DNA of 64,000 bases from Alphaproteobacteria bacterium (GCA_965227515.1 CBDDFZ010000001.1:1792001-1856000), one strand, 5' to 3'; shown: positions 11,201-20,624, numbered from the stretch's first letter. Numbers and translations are program-made. Notes: generated by a model not told the origin, from the sequence alone.

Positions 11201-13176
11201 AACGCCACTTCCGCGAGATCGGCCACGATACCCAGACCCAGGACTTCACCGTCGTCGGCGTCGGCGACATGTCGGGCGATGTGTTCGGCAACGGCATGCT
11301 GCTGTCGGAGCACATCCGGCTGGTGGCCGCGTTCAACCACCTGCACATCTTCGTCGACCCCGATCCGGATGCGGCAGCGAGCTTCAAGGAGCGGGCGCGC
11401 CTGTTCGAACTGCCGCGGTCGAGCTGGTCCGACTACGACGAATCACTGTTGTCGACGGGCGGCAAGATCTTCGACCGCTCGCACAAGTCGCTGACCCTGA
11501 CTCCCGAGATCCGCGCCTGCCTGGACATCGCCGAGGAAACGGTGACGCCGTTCGCGCTGATGCGCGCGATCCTGAAGGCGCAGGTCGACCTGCTGTGGTT
11601 CGGCGGCATCGGCACCTACGTGAAGGCGAAGGAGGAGAGCCACGCCGACGCCGGCGACAAGGCCAACGACGCCATCCGCATCAATGCCGGCGATCTTAGG
11701 TGCAAGGTGATCGGCGAGGGCGCCAATCTGGGCGTCACCCAGCGCGCGCGCATCGCCTTCGGCGAGCGGGGCGGGCGGCTCAACACAGACGCCATCGACA
11801 ATTCGGCCGGCGTCGACTGTTCCGACCACGAGGTCAACATCAAGATCCTGCTGTCGCACATCCTGTCCGGCGGCGACATGACCCTGAAGCAGCGCGACAC
11901 CCTGTTGGTGGAGATGACCGACGAGGTCGCCGACCTGGTGCTGCAGGACAACTACCTGCAGACCCAGGCGATCAGCGTCGCCCGTCACGACGGCATGGAC
12001 GGGCTGGACGCCCAGGTGATGCTGATGCGCGACCTGGAACGCTCCAGCCTGCTCAATCGCGAGATCGAGTTCCTGCCCAATGACGAGATGCTGGAGGAGC
12101 GGCGGGCGGACGGGGTCGGGCTGACCCGGCCCGAGCTCGCGGTGCTGCTGGCCTATGCCAAGATCGACCTCTATGACGACCTGATCGCGTCCGACCTGCC
12201 CGACGACGACGGCCTGGTCGCGGACCTGTTCCGCTATTTCCCGCGGCCGCTGCGCAAGCGGTTCCCGGACCAGCTCACCAGCCACGCCCTGAAGCGCGAG
12301 ATCATCGCCACCTTCGTCACCAACTCGGTGATCAACCGCGCCGGCATCACCTTCATCAACGACCTGAAGAGCCGCTATGGCTGCAACGCGCCGGATGCCA
12401 CCCGCGCCTATGCCATCACGCGCGAGGTGTATGGCCTGCGCGAACTCTGGGCGGACATCGCCGCCCTGGACAACCAGGTGCCGGCGGACAGCCAGCTCGA
12501 GATGCTGTCGACCCTGAACCAGGTGGTGGCGCGCGCGACCGGCTGGTTCCTGGTCAATGCCGAGCGGCCGCTGGAGATCGCTGCCCACGCCGCACGCTAC
12601 CAGCCGGGCGTGGAAGCGATCAGCGCGGCATTGCTGGACGTGCTGCCGGAGGAGGACGCTTCCGCGCTGGAGCGGGCGACGCTCGGCTATACCGGGCAGG
12701 GGGTAGGCGAGGGGCTGGCGCGCCGCATCGCCGCGCTGGGCTGGCTCAGCCATGGCATCGATATCGTGCGCATCGCCGCGCGCACCGCCGCCGGTGCGGA
12801 TGAAGAGGGGAACGACGCGGGGCCGGACGTGATCGATGTCGCCGCGACCTACTTCGCGGTCGGCCAGCGCTTCGGGTTTGCCGACCTGCGCCGGGCCGCG
12901 GAGGACCTGCCCATCGATTCAAGCTGGGAGCGGCGGGCCGCCGGTGCTGTGATCGACGACCTGGACGTCATGCAGTCGGCGCTGACCGGGGCCGTGGTGG
13001 CCGGCAGCGACGACAAGGGCATGGCGGCGATCGAGGCGTGGACCGACGGCCACGATGTCGCGGTGGCGCGCTGGGACAGCCTGATCGCGGAAGTGCGCAG
13101 CGCCAAGACGCCGGTCGACCTCTCCATGCTCACCGTCGCCCGCCGGCACTTGGGCGCGCTGTTGGAAGCGGCATAG
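8299..13176 (+). CDS. gdhB: Large NAD-specific glutamate dehydrogenase (Bac_GDH type)
   Basis: VNDDMPFLVDS, RGGKVARGGIRWSDR, QMVKNAVIVPVGSKGGF, VAADKGTATFSD and GEGANLG motifs; 1625 aa. Confidence 0.97.
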   Translation: MSRSSYQRKLNVIDRLTARLGDAPTASPAAYCRSFYEHVPPDDVCERQDDELLAAVTAMYRLAQGRTGHEPLVRVFNPDVEQHGWQSPHTIIQIVNDDMPFLVDSITAELNRRGLAVHLVIHPIVRVVRDDSGTIQTITPAGDGEGEGRVESHMHVEIDELQDPAEMAAVQDAVVAVIQDVRAAVEDWPTMTAKVDEVIASLRDNPPPAEAGDVEEAVAFLQWLCADNFTFLGYRDYDYEGTGENRSMEVVEGSGLGIIRNPDTRLFGRRREMETLPEDVRHFMLAPSLLQVTKANRRSTVHRGVHLDTISLKRFDSAGNVDGEQMFAGLFTSSSYLQRVQQVPMLRAKVRDTLKRSELPPRSHARKALEHILETFPRDELYQIEVDDLERIARGILDLQERQRTALFMREDPFERFVSAFVFCPRERYNTELRHRFGDLLAKALNGRVSAFFPLVNADAPLARVHFIIGTEPGNIPEVDFEDLENQIIDAARDWSDMLRDQLVASLGEERGLTLHRSYSDGLPAGYRERVSPAAAVFDLERVESARSSVSLQLNLYRPIDMPAHAVRLKVYHADRPIPLSDVLPMLEHMGLKVMTEEPYRIQPRDDRAVHIHDFSAEQRGREPIDLETVKARFEDAFVQVWDEQVEDDGFNALVLLAGLSCRDVVVLRALAKYLRQAGIQFSQDYLEQTLARHPWLVNRLVAYFQAKFDPDFGGDRNAALKDLETELEHGLKDVDSLDEDVMLRRFLNLMQAALRTNYFQPDAEGAAKSYVAFKFESAKVDGLPLPRPLYEVFVYAPSVEAVHLRGGKVARGGIRWSDRREDFRTEVLGLMKAQMVKNAVIVPVGSKGGFVVKRPPAPTGDPAADRQAQRDAGIECYKTFMGGLLDITDNLVDGQVVPPNSVVRHDDDDPYLVVAADKGTATFSDIANGVSLDYGFWLGDAFASGGSAGYDHKKMGITARGGWESVKRHFREIGHDTQTQDFTVVGVGDMSGDVFGNGMLLSEHIRLVAAFNHLHIFVDPDPDAAASFKERARLFELPRSSWSDYDESLLSTGGKIFDRSHKSLTLTPEIRACLDIAEETVTPFALMRAILKAQVDLLWFGGIGTYVKAKEESHADAGDKANDAIRINAGDLRCKVIGEGANLGVTQRARIAFGERGGRLNTDAIDNSAGVDCSDHEVNIKILLSHILSGGDMTLKQRDTLLVEMTDEVADLVLQDNYLQTQAISVARHDGMDGLDAQVMLMRDLERSSLLNREIEFLPNDEMLEERRADGVGLTRPELAVLLAYAKIDLYDDLIASDLPDDDGLVADLFRYFPRPLRKRFPDQLTSHALKREIIATFVTNSVINRAGITFINDLKSRYGCNAPDATRAYAITREVYGLRELWADIAALDNQVPADSQLEMLSTLNQVVARATGWFLVNAERPLEIAAHAARYQPGVEAISAALLDVLPEEDASALERATLGYTGQGVGEGLARRIAALGWLSHGIDIVRIAARTAAGADEEGNDAGPDVIDVAATYFAVGQRFGFADLRRAAEDLPIDSSWERRAAGAVIDDLDVMQSALTGAVVAGSDDKGMAAIEAWTDGHDVAVARWDSLIAEVRSAKTPVDLSMLTVARRHLGALLEAA

Positions 13177-13190
13177 CGTGGCTCGCCTAT

Positions 13191-13281
13191 CGTAGCCCGG
13201 GTGGCGTGAAACGAAACCCGGGGACTTCGTGCCGGCCAGCGGGATGATTCCCGGGTTTCGCTCCGCTCCACCCAGGCTACG
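13191..13281. repeat. GTAG-tagged REP-like doublet
   Basis: CGTAGCCCGGGTGG...AACCCGGG and CCCGGGTT...CCACCCAGGCTACG inverted hairpin arms. Confidence 0.8.
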
Positions 13282-13300
13282 TGATTGCAGCCTCCTCAGC

Positions 13301-13412
13301 CGTCATTGCGAGGAGCACGGCCCACTTGGGGGCAGTGCGACGCGGCAATCCAGAGCAACATATCTGCCTTCACGGCAACCGCCTGGATTGCTTCGCTGCG
13401 CTCGCAATGACG
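13301..13412. repeat. CGTC-tagged REP/RPE-like doublet (GTCATTGCG...GCAATCC type)
   Basis: CGTCATTGCGAG...GCAATCCA / TGGATTGC...CTCGCAATGACG inverted ends. Confidence 0.85.
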
Positions 13413-13429
13413 CCGGTGGGGAAAGTACG

Positions 13430-15169
13430 TCAGAACGGCTCCGGCGGCGGGGCGGGCAGGTCGCGGCGCTCGACGTGCCAGCTCACCATCGGCGTCGTGC
13501 CGAACAGCAGCAGCGAGATGTCGGCGGTGTCGCCGGCGCAGTCGTAGCGGAAACGAAAACCGTCGCCGTCCAAATATGAGGGATCGTACGGCACCGGCAG
13601 CGGCCCGTTGGTCTCGGTCACGCCGCCAATGGTGATCTGGTTGACCATGGAGCCCAGATAGGCGTCGGTACACATGATCAGGTGCTGGTCGTCGACCACC
13701 GACCAGCGGCCGATGGTGTCGGACACGATGATCACGCGCTGGTGCATGGTGTAGCCGTCGCCCATGTCGTGCTCGATCTCCGACTGCGCATCGGTGACCG
13801 CCATGACGAACGTGCCGTCCGGCCACAGGATGGCGTAGTTGTCGCCCATGTTCTGGTAGGTCCATTCCGAGCGGGAGCCGATGGCGGCCGCCACCTGGTT
13901 GTAGGTGTCGGGCAGGTCGGTCGACAGCGCGGTCCAGGCGCCGATCATGCAGTGGTCGCGCGGGACAGGCCGATCGCACGGCTCGCCGCAGGGGTCGCGC
14001 TCGCCGGAGATGTCGGCCATCACCACCGACAGCCCTTCGCGCATGCCAATGGTCGTCATGACCAGGGCTTCGCTTTCCGTGCATTCGACCGTATGCGTGA
14101 ACCCACTGGCGGTGCCCGCCGTGTTGTTGATGCGGAACCAGGTCCCGGTTTCCTGCTCCAGGAAGCTGGTGAGCGGTGACGTCCCGGACAGGTCGATCTG
14201 CCATTCGCCTGGTTCAAGCGCCATGACCAGACGCGGTATCGCCAGCGGCGACCACCCCTCGACCGCGATCCGTTGGCCGTCGCCCACAGCCTGGACCGGG
14301 CCGAGCGACGGGCTCGGCCGCGCCGGGCGGCCATCGGGATAGGTCAAGTCGCCGCCCAGAAAGGTCTCGACGAAGTCGTGCCAGGTGCCGGCCGGCAGCA
14401 TGTCGGCCACCGCACGGGCGTCCATCAGCGCTGCCTCGCCCTCGGCGGCCATCGCGAACGGAAAGGTCTCGCCCAGCGCCTGTCCGGCCCACATGAAGAA
14501 GGCCACCGTCTCGTAGCACATCTCGGTCAGGCCGGTGTCGTGCGAGCGCGCGTCGAAAGCGGCAACGTAGTAGGCGGAGAAGTCGCGGCCCGGAACGACG
14601 AGATTGGCGAACCATTCCGCCGTGCCCTCGCCCCACCAGCCGGTCCGGCTGTCTCTCACCCGCGGATAGACCAGCTCTTGCCCGGCGTGGGCAACCTCGT
14701 GCGCGACGACATAGTTCAGGTAATTGTCGGTGGGCCAGACCTCCGCGAATATGACCATGGTGCAGTCGTTGAACTCGCACCAGGTCCACGCCTCTGTCGG
14801 GCCGCCACCGCCGCTGCCGACCGGGCCGGGAACGTTCGAGATCTGGATCGAAAGCGAGCTGGGCCGGTCGTTGGTCAGGCCGGTGCGGCGGAAGGTCCGG
14901 TCGATGTCGCCCAGCATGCCTTGGATGAAGTCGGCCGCGTGGCGCCCCTCGGCGGTGGGCGGGGCGTAGACGGTGACCTCGGCAGACAGGCTCGCCAGCG
15001 TGCCGATCGACCGGCCGACCAACTCACCCGAACGATACTCCGCATTGGCCGCGACATTGGCCGCGTCCGCGGCGGGATCCGCACCCTCCGTCGTGTAACA
15101 GGCCAGCGCGTTGGTCATTGGCAACAGCGCCGTGCCGGCGAGGGCGAGAATGTGAGCCAGTCGGGTCAT
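13430..15169 (-). CDS. Secreted putative zincin metallopeptidase-like protein
   Basis: Signal peptide; VVAHEVAH (HExxH) followed by WWGEGTAEW; Cys-containing C-terminal domain. Confidence 0.65.
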   Translation of the reverse strand: MTRLAHILALAGTALLPMTNALACYTTEGADPAADAANVAANAEYRSGELVGRSIGTLASLSAEVTVYAPPTAEGRHAADFIQGMLGDIDRTFRRTGLTNDRPSSLSIQISNVPGPVGSGGGGPTEAWTWCEFNDCTMVIFAEVWPTDNYLNYVVAHEVAHAGQELVYPRVRDSRTGWWGEGTAEWFANLVVPGRDFSAYYVAAFDARSHDTGLTEMCYETVAFFMWAGQALGETFPFAMAAEGEAALMDARAVADMLPAGTWHDFVETFLGGDLTYPDGRPARPSPSLGPVQAVGDGQRIAVEGWSPLAIPRLVMALEPGEWQIDLSGTSPLTSFLEQETGTWFRINNTAGTASGFTHTVECTESEALVMTTIGMREGLSVVMADISGERDPCGEPCDRPVPRDHCMIGAWTALSTDLPDTYNQVAAAIGSRSEWTYQNMGDNYAILWPDGTFVMAVTDAQSEIEHDMGDGYTMHQRVIIVSDTIGRWSVVDDQHLIMCTDAYLGSMVNQITIGGVTETNGPLPVPYDPSYLDGDGFRFRYDCAGDTADISLLLFGTTPMVSWHVERRDLPAPPPEPF

Positions 15170-15343
15170 GGCATACCTCCGTCAGACGCATGCGATCAGA
15201 CGCACACGATACGTAGCATGCCCCTCCCGGCACCTTCACGACTATTGGTGATATGTGGCGATCTCAAGACGACGGTTGCGCGAGAACGGGTGCGCGGAGC
15301 GCGTCGGGCATTGAATGGCCGCCGCGCCCCGCCGCACCTGCGA

Positions 15344-15916
15344 TCACATCCGCTCCACGGTCACCGTGACGGGCAGAGAGTTGGACACGATGTCGTAGAC
15401 CGGAGAAAACTCGGCCAGCGACCGCAGCACATCCGTATCGGCGTCGCTGCGCACCCGCATCTTCACCTGCACGGTGCTGAAGCCCTTCCGCACCTTTGGG
15501 TCGAGCCCCAGGAAGCCGTGCAGGTCCAGGTCGCCGGCAAGCTCGGTGCGCACGTCGTCGATCCGGATGCCACGGGCGGCGGCGTGGTAGACCATCGTGG
15601 TCGTCAGGCAGCCGGCGAGCGCATGCAGCACGTACTCCACCGGGTTCGCGGCGGCGCCCTCCCCGAGCAGCACCGGCGGCTCGGCATTGTCCATCAGGAA
15701 CGGGCCGTTGGCGTGGGTCTGGTCTTCGCAGGCACCGTAGAAGCCGGCGACGGTCGTGCGGTTATGGTCCCCGCCCAGCCATTTGTTCGAGGCGCGGAAG
15801 GTGAAGGCGGCGATGGCGGGATTGGCCTTCACCGCGCCAATGGTTGCGAACAGCGCGTCGACATCGACGCCGTTGGTGACGGTGGCTGTGGTTGCCTCGG
15901 CGGTTTGAACACTCAT
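15344..15916 (-). CDS. OsmC family protein
   Basis: NGVDV, AEPPVLLG, NPVEYVLHALAGCL, GDLDLHGFLG and SPVYD motifs; start ATG 15916. Confidence 0.9.
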   Translation of the reverse strand: MSVQTAEATTATVTNGVDVDALFATIGAVKANPAIAAFTFRASNKWLGGDHNRTTVAGFYGACEDQTHANGPFLMDNAEPPVLLGEGAAANPVEYVLHALAGCLTTTMVYHAAARGIRIDDVRTELAGDLDLHGFLGLDPKVRKGFSTVQVKMRVRSDADTDVLRSLAEFSPVYDIVSNSLPVTVTVERM

Positions 15917-16057
15917 GACGTAATCCTTTCCCTGTGGAGTGTTGCCACACGACCTTGAGTGGCCGTGCTGTGGGAAAGGTAGGGGCCGTGCCTTTTGCGC
16001 GTGAGGAAGGTTTCTGCCAAAAAAGACTCGTTCGTGCCACAAACCGGAACACACGCC

Positions 16058-17098
16058 ATGGACCAGACACCACCCGCGGCGAAAGAGGCTCACATCGTCG
16101 CCGTGCCGGAGACGGCGGGGTCGGCATTGTACGGCATGATCGACGTGCTGGCCTCGGCGGGCAATCTCTGGCAGCAGCTCGTCGGCACCGAGCCCGACCT
16201 GAAGCTGATCCAGCCGCGCATCGTGTCGCCGATGGCCGGGCCGTTTGTCTGCGGCAACGGCATTCCGGTCCATCCCGAGCTGACGACGGCCCAGGCGGCT
16301 GGGGCGCCGATCGTGATACTGCCCGAGCTGTGGCTCGCCCCCGACGAGGACCTGCGCGGCAGGTACCCGGAGCTGATGGCATGGGTGCGCGACCGCTATC
16401 GCGACGGTGCGTCGATCTACTCGGCGTGCTCGGGCGCCATCATGCTGGCGGAGACCGGCTTGCTGGACGGGCGCGAGGCCACGTCGCACTGGGGCTACCA
16501 GCACCTGTTCCGCAACAGCTATCCCCAGGTGCGCTTTCAGCCGGAACCGAACCTGTGCTTTGCCGATCCCACCGGGCGCATCGTCACCGCCGGGGGCACC
16601 AGTTCGTGGCATGACTTGGCCATCCACATCATCGCCCGCCATTGCAGCCCCGGCGAGGCATTGCGCATCGCCAAGGTCTATCTGCTGAAACTGCACGACG
16701 ACGGGCAGTTGCCATATGCCAGCCTTGTCCGCCGCACGCCGCACGCGGACTCCGTGGTGCGGTCATGCGAGTCCTGGCTGGAGGCCCACTTCCGCGAGCC
16801 GGAGCCGGTGGCGCGGGTGGTGAAGCAGGCGGGCGTGCCTGAACGCACACTCAAGCGTCGCTTCAAGGCGGCCACCGGAACGACGCTGATCGACCATGTG
16901 CAGAACCTGCGCATCGAGGAGGCGAAGCGCCTGCTGGAGACCGGCGACACGCCGCTGGAGGCGATTGCCGGCGACGTCGGCTACGAGAATCCCGGATTCT
17001 TCCGCGCGCTGTTCAAGCGACGCACCGGGCTGACCCCGGCGCGTTATCGCAAGATGTTCAGGGCCATGGGCGCCCTGGACCAGATGGCAGCAAGCTAG
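16058..17098 (+). CDS. GlxA-type AraC regulator with DJ-1/PfpI domain
   Basis: SACSG, GLLDGREATSHW and C-terminal AraC double HTH; divergent from the OsmC gene. Confidence 0.92.
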   Translation: MDQTPPAAKEAHIVAVPETAGSALYGMIDVLASAGNLWQQLVGTEPDLKLIQPRIVSPMAGPFVCGNGIPVHPELTTAQAAGAPIVILPELWLAPDEDLRGRYPELMAWVRDRYRDGASIYSACSGAIMLAETGLLDGREATSHWGYQHLFRNSYPQVRFQPEPNLCFADPTGRIVTAGGTSSWHDLAIHIIARHCSPGEALRIAKVYLLKLHDDGQLPYASLVRRTPHADSVVRSCESWLEAHFREPEPVARVVKQAGVPERTLKRRFKAATGTTLIDHVQNLRIEEAKRLLETGDTPLEAIAGDVGYENPGFFRALFKRRTGLTPARYRKMFRAMGALDQMAAS

Positions 17099-17556
17099 CT
17101 GCAGCAGCCCGCGCCGTCGGCGTCCTTGGCGTTGGCGGCAACCACTTCCTGCGGCACCAGGCCCTCGATGCTGGTGGTGTCCGCGCCATAGGTCGTGATC
17201 GCGCCGGTGGTGTGAAAGCACTCCCAGGCCACGCCCTGCGGGTCGGCGGTCCACGACTTGTCGGACACGGCATAGCAGCACTTCGCCTGCTCCATGTCGT
17301 TGGTGCGCACGCCGGCCGCCTTCAGCCGCCCCGCGACCTCGGCCAGTTCCTCGGCATCGCCGGTCTGGATGCCCAGATGGTCCAGGCCGGCCTTCCCGCC
17401 CTTGGTCTGGATGACGAAATTGACCCGCGGGTCCTCCAGCATCCATTTGGCGTAGTCGTGCTTCAGCACCGTGGGCTCGGCGGCGAACAGCGTGTTGTAG
17501 TAGGCGACGGACCGGTCGATGTCGCTGACATTGAGCGAGACGTGCAGGCGTTTCAT
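17095..17556 (-). CDS. ArsI/CadI family VOC metalloenzyme
   Basis: MKRLHVSLNV, DYAKW, LDHLG, KCCYA and DPQGVAWE motifs; C-terminal CC pair. Confidence 0.9.
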   Translation of the reverse strand: MKRLHVSLNVSDIDRSVAYYNTLFAAEPTVLKHDYAKWMLEDPRVNFVIQTKGGKAGLDHLGIQTGDAEELAEVAGRLKAAGVRTNDMEQAKCCYAVSDKSWTADPQGVAWECFHTTGAITTYGADTTSIEGLVPQEVVAANAKDADGAGCCS

Positions 17557-17593
17557 GGGTGTTTCTCCTAGAAGGCGATCAGGTTTTTCTGGC

Positions 17594-17706
17594 CGTCATG
17601 CCCGCACTTGTTGCGGGCATCTACGTCTTTCGGCCGACGATGCCAAGGCGTGGATACCCGGGACTCGGCCCGTTTGAATTCAAACGGGGCCGGCCCGGGC
17701 ATGACG
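17594..17706. repeat. CGTC-tagged REP-like doublet
   Basis: CGTC-ATGCCCGCA-CTTGT-TGCGGGCAT arm; inverted second arm ending GGGCATGACG with an expanded palindromic loop (CCCGTTTGAATTCAAACGGG). Confidence 0.85.
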
Positions 17707-17775
17707 AATGAGAAGGGGGCGGGTGTTGAGCCAGAGATGGGTTTGACTGAAGGTCTGCCGGTTACTGAGGTCATC

Positions 17776-18123
17776 TCACACCTCCGCCGTTGTGCGCGGC
17801 GGGATCGGCTGCACGCGGGCGGCGGCCTGCATGGCCGGGGCGCCGCGGCAGCAATCCTCCATCAGGAACCGCAACAGCCCGCCGATGCCTTCGAAATCGA
17901 CGGCATAGCGGATGCTGCGCGCCTCTCGATGAGAGGTCAGCAGCCCGGCGCGATGAAGCTGCCCCAGATGGTGCGACATGGTCGGCGGGCTGACGCGCAA
18001 GCGCTCGGCGATCTCGCCCGCGCTCATGCCCTGCGGGCCGCAGCGGACCAGCAGCCGGAACACCGACAACCGGGTCTCCTGCGCCAGGGCGCTCAGAGCC
18101 TCGATGGCTTTTGTCATTTCCAT
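17776..18123 (-). CDS. arsR: ArsR/SmtB family metalloregulator
   Basis: ALAQETRLSVFRLLV, SHHL and C-terminal EDCC motif (ArsR subtype with vicinal Cys). Confidence 0.88.
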   Translation of the reverse strand: MEMTKAIEALSALAQETRLSVFRLLVRCGPQGMSAGEIAERLRVSPPTMSHHLGQLHRAGLLTSHREARSIRYAVDFEGIGGLLRFLMEDCCRGAPAMQAAARVQPIPPRTTAEV

Positions 18124-18283
18124 GATTGTACAAATATCATCTATTGATGCGATGTCAAGTCCTGCGCACTCCGGTCCGCGCCTCGCGCGCGCCGAACAAG
18201 ACCAGCATCGGCTTGCAGCCACGGCTGGCAGGTGTCACCATCCGCCACGCTCCGGCACCGCCAACGCATAAGACGCCCACCCC

Positions 18284-19069
18284 ATGACCGAACCTGCCCC
18301 ATCTCGAACCACGACCCCGGCCCAGACCCAGGAATGGCGCGCCGAAGGCTATGCCCACAACGCCAGGTTCGTGGCCGATCTCGGCATGCCCGTGCTCGAG
18401 CTGCTGGCGCCACAGCCCGGCGAGCGGGTGCTCGACCTGGGGTGCGGCGACGGTGCGCTGACCGAGAAGATTGCGGCCACCGGCGCCACGGTGGTCGGGG
18501 TCGATGCCGGCCCGGACATGATCGCGGCCGCGCGAGGGCGGGGGCTGGACGCGCACGTCGTCGACGGCCACGCGCTGACCTTCGCGCACGAGTTCGACGC
18601 GGTGTTCTCCAACGCCGCGTTGCACTGGATGACCGAGCCCGATGCGGTGATTGCCGGGGTGGCACGCGCGCTGAAGCCTGGCGGCCGCTTCGTCGGTGAG
18701 TTCGGCGGCCATGGCAATGTGGCCACCATCACCGTCGCCCTGGTCGCGGCGCTGCAGCGGCGCGGCATCGACGGTCATGCCCGGCGGCCCTGGTACTTCC
18801 CGACGCCCGACGCCTATCGCGCCAAGCTGGAAGCGCACGGTTTCAGGGTCGACACGGCGGAGCTGTTTCCGCGCCCGACGCCGCTGCCCACCGATATGGA
18901 AGGGTGGCTGGCCACGTTCGGCGACAATTTCCTGCGCGGTTTGCCCTTCGATGAGCGCACGGCGGTGCGCGACGAGGCGATCGAGCTGATGCGCCCGTGC
19001 CTGTGCGACGATCAGGGACGTTGGACTGCCGACTACGTGCGCTTACGTTTCGCCGCACGGCTGGACTAA
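18284..19069 (+). CDS. Class I SAM-dependent methyltransferase (Tam-like)
   Basis: VLDLGCGDG, FSNAALHW and ADYVRLRF motifs. Confidence 0.9.
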   Translation: MTEPAPSRTTTPAQTQEWRAEGYAHNARFVADLGMPVLELLAPQPGERVLDLGCGDGALTEKIAATGATVVGVDAGPDMIAAARGRGLDAHVVDGHALTFAHEFDAVFSNAALHWMTEPDAVIAGVARALKPGGRFVGEFGGHGNVATITVALVAALQRRGIDGHARRPWYFPTPDAYRAKLEAHGFRVDTAELFPRPTPLPTDMEGWLATFGDNFLRGLPFDERTAVRDEAIELMRPCLCDDQGRWTADYVRLRFAARLD

Positions 19070-19095
19070 AAAATTCGAACCGACTGGGGAGGACC

Positions 19096-20103
19096 ATGAA
19101 GAAGCTGCTGAATGATCCGGACAATGCCGTTGCCGAAATGCTGGACGGCATCATCGCCGCGCATCCCAAGTACCTGGCCCGAACCGACGAAAGCGATCTG
19201 GCGGTCTACAGCCTGATCGGGCCGCGCGACGGCAAGGTCGGCATCATGGTCGGCGGCGGCTCCGGCCACGAGCCGGCGTTCCTGGGCTATGTCGGCAAGG
19301 GCATGGCCGATGCCGCGGCCATCGGGGCCGTGTTCACCTCGCCGACGCCCGATACGGCGGTGGCCTGCGCCAACGCCATCCATCGCGGCGCCGGGGTGCT
19401 CTACATGTACGGCAACTACGCCGGCGACGTGATGAACTTCGACATGGCCGCCGAGATGTGCGCCATGAACGACATCCGGGTCGAGACCGTGCTGACCACC
19501 GACGACGTGGCTTCGGCCCCGGCGGCGGAGAAGGAGCGCCGGCGCGGCGTGGGCGGCGGGTTCTTCGCCTTCAAGATCGCCGGTGCGGCGGCCGACATGG
19601 GGCTGGACCTGGATGGCGTGGTCCGCGCCGCCAACAAGGCGAACGATTCCTGCCTGACCATGGGCGTGGCGCTGGAGCCCTGCCAATTGCCGGGTGTCGC
19701 GACCCCCAGCTTCACCCTGGGGCCGGACGAGATGGAGATCGGGCTCGGCATTCATGGCGAGCCGGGGGTGAGGCGCGGCCCGCTGCGCAGCGCCGACGAG
19801 GTGACCGACGACCTGTGCGACAACATCCTGGCCGAACTTGACCTGAAGCGCGGCGACCGGGTGGCGGTGCTGGTGAACGGGCTCGGCGGCACCAGCCGGA
19901 TGGAGCTCTACATCGTGAATCGCCGGGTGTCGAAGCGGCTGGCCGACATCGGGGTCGAGACCCATCGCAGCCACGTCGGCGAATACGTGACGTCCCTGGA
20001 AATGGGCGGCGCGTCGATCTCGATCATGAAGCTGGATGACGAACTGACCCGTTGGCTGGACCACCCGGCGGACACCCCGATGTACGTGCAGCCGCAAAGA
20101 TAG
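19096..20103 (+). CDS. dhaK: Dihydroxyacetone kinase subunit DhaK
   Basis: GGGSGHEP, NYAGDVMNF, GLGIHGEPG and TSLEMGG motifs; RBS GGAGG. Confidence 0.9.
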   Translation: MKKLLNDPDNAVAEMLDGIIAAHPKYLARTDESDLAVYSLIGPRDGKVGIMVGGGSGHEPAFLGYVGKGMADAAAIGAVFTSPTPDTAVACANAIHRGAGVLYMYGNYAGDVMNFDMAAEMCAMNDIRVETVLTTDDVASAPAAEKERRRGVGGGFFAFKIAGAAADMGLDLDGVVRAANKANDSCLTMGVALEPCQLPGVATPSFTLGPDEMEIGLGIHGEPGVRRGPLRSADEVTDDLCDNILAELDLKRGDRVAVLVNGLGGTSRMELYIVNRRVSKRLADIGVETHRSHVGEYVTSLEMGGASISIMKLDDELTRWLDHPADTPMYVQPQR

Positions 20104-20234
20104 CCTGCATACGCGTTCGGCCGGCCCTTCCTGCACACGACGGCGCGCGCTAAGCTGATTCTCGGTTGAGTGAGGATCTGACGCGGGCACACGTGGCATG
20201 CTGGCGGAAGACGGTCAAAACGAAGGGGGAATTC

Positions 20235-20624
20235 ATGGTCGATACATCTGCCACTGGCGGCGTTCCGCCCCAGAACATCGCCCAGGCGCGCACAATGCTG
20301 CTGGTGCTTGGCATCGTCATGGGTGTGCTGGCGGTGCTGGCCCTGATCGGCGGCGACATCATCGGGCTGCTGATCGACGGTGCGATCTCCGGCTGCACCT
20401 TCGCCTTCGGCTATGCGCCGCTGCAAAAGAACAATGTTCCCCCGGCACGTACGGTATCGCTGGTGTGCGCGATCGTGCTCGGGATCTTTGCGATCATCAC
20501 GATCATCATCCTGGCATCGGCGGGCGCGTTCGCCGGCATCTTCATCATTGCCCTGTTGATCATGCTGGCGGTGATCGGCGGCTACGCGTTCGCGTACACC
20601 CGGCTCACGCCGAAGCGGGGCTGA
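20235..20624 (+). CDS. Small 4-TM membrane protein
   Basis: Four hydrophobic segments; RBS AGGGGG before ATG 20235. Confidence 0.65.
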   Translation: MVDTSATGGVPPQNIAQARTMLLVLGIVMGVLAVLALIGGDIIGLLIDGAISGCTFAFGYAPLQKNNVPPARTVSLVCAIVLGIFAIITIIILASAGAFAGIFIIALLIMLAVIGGYAFAYTRLTPKRG

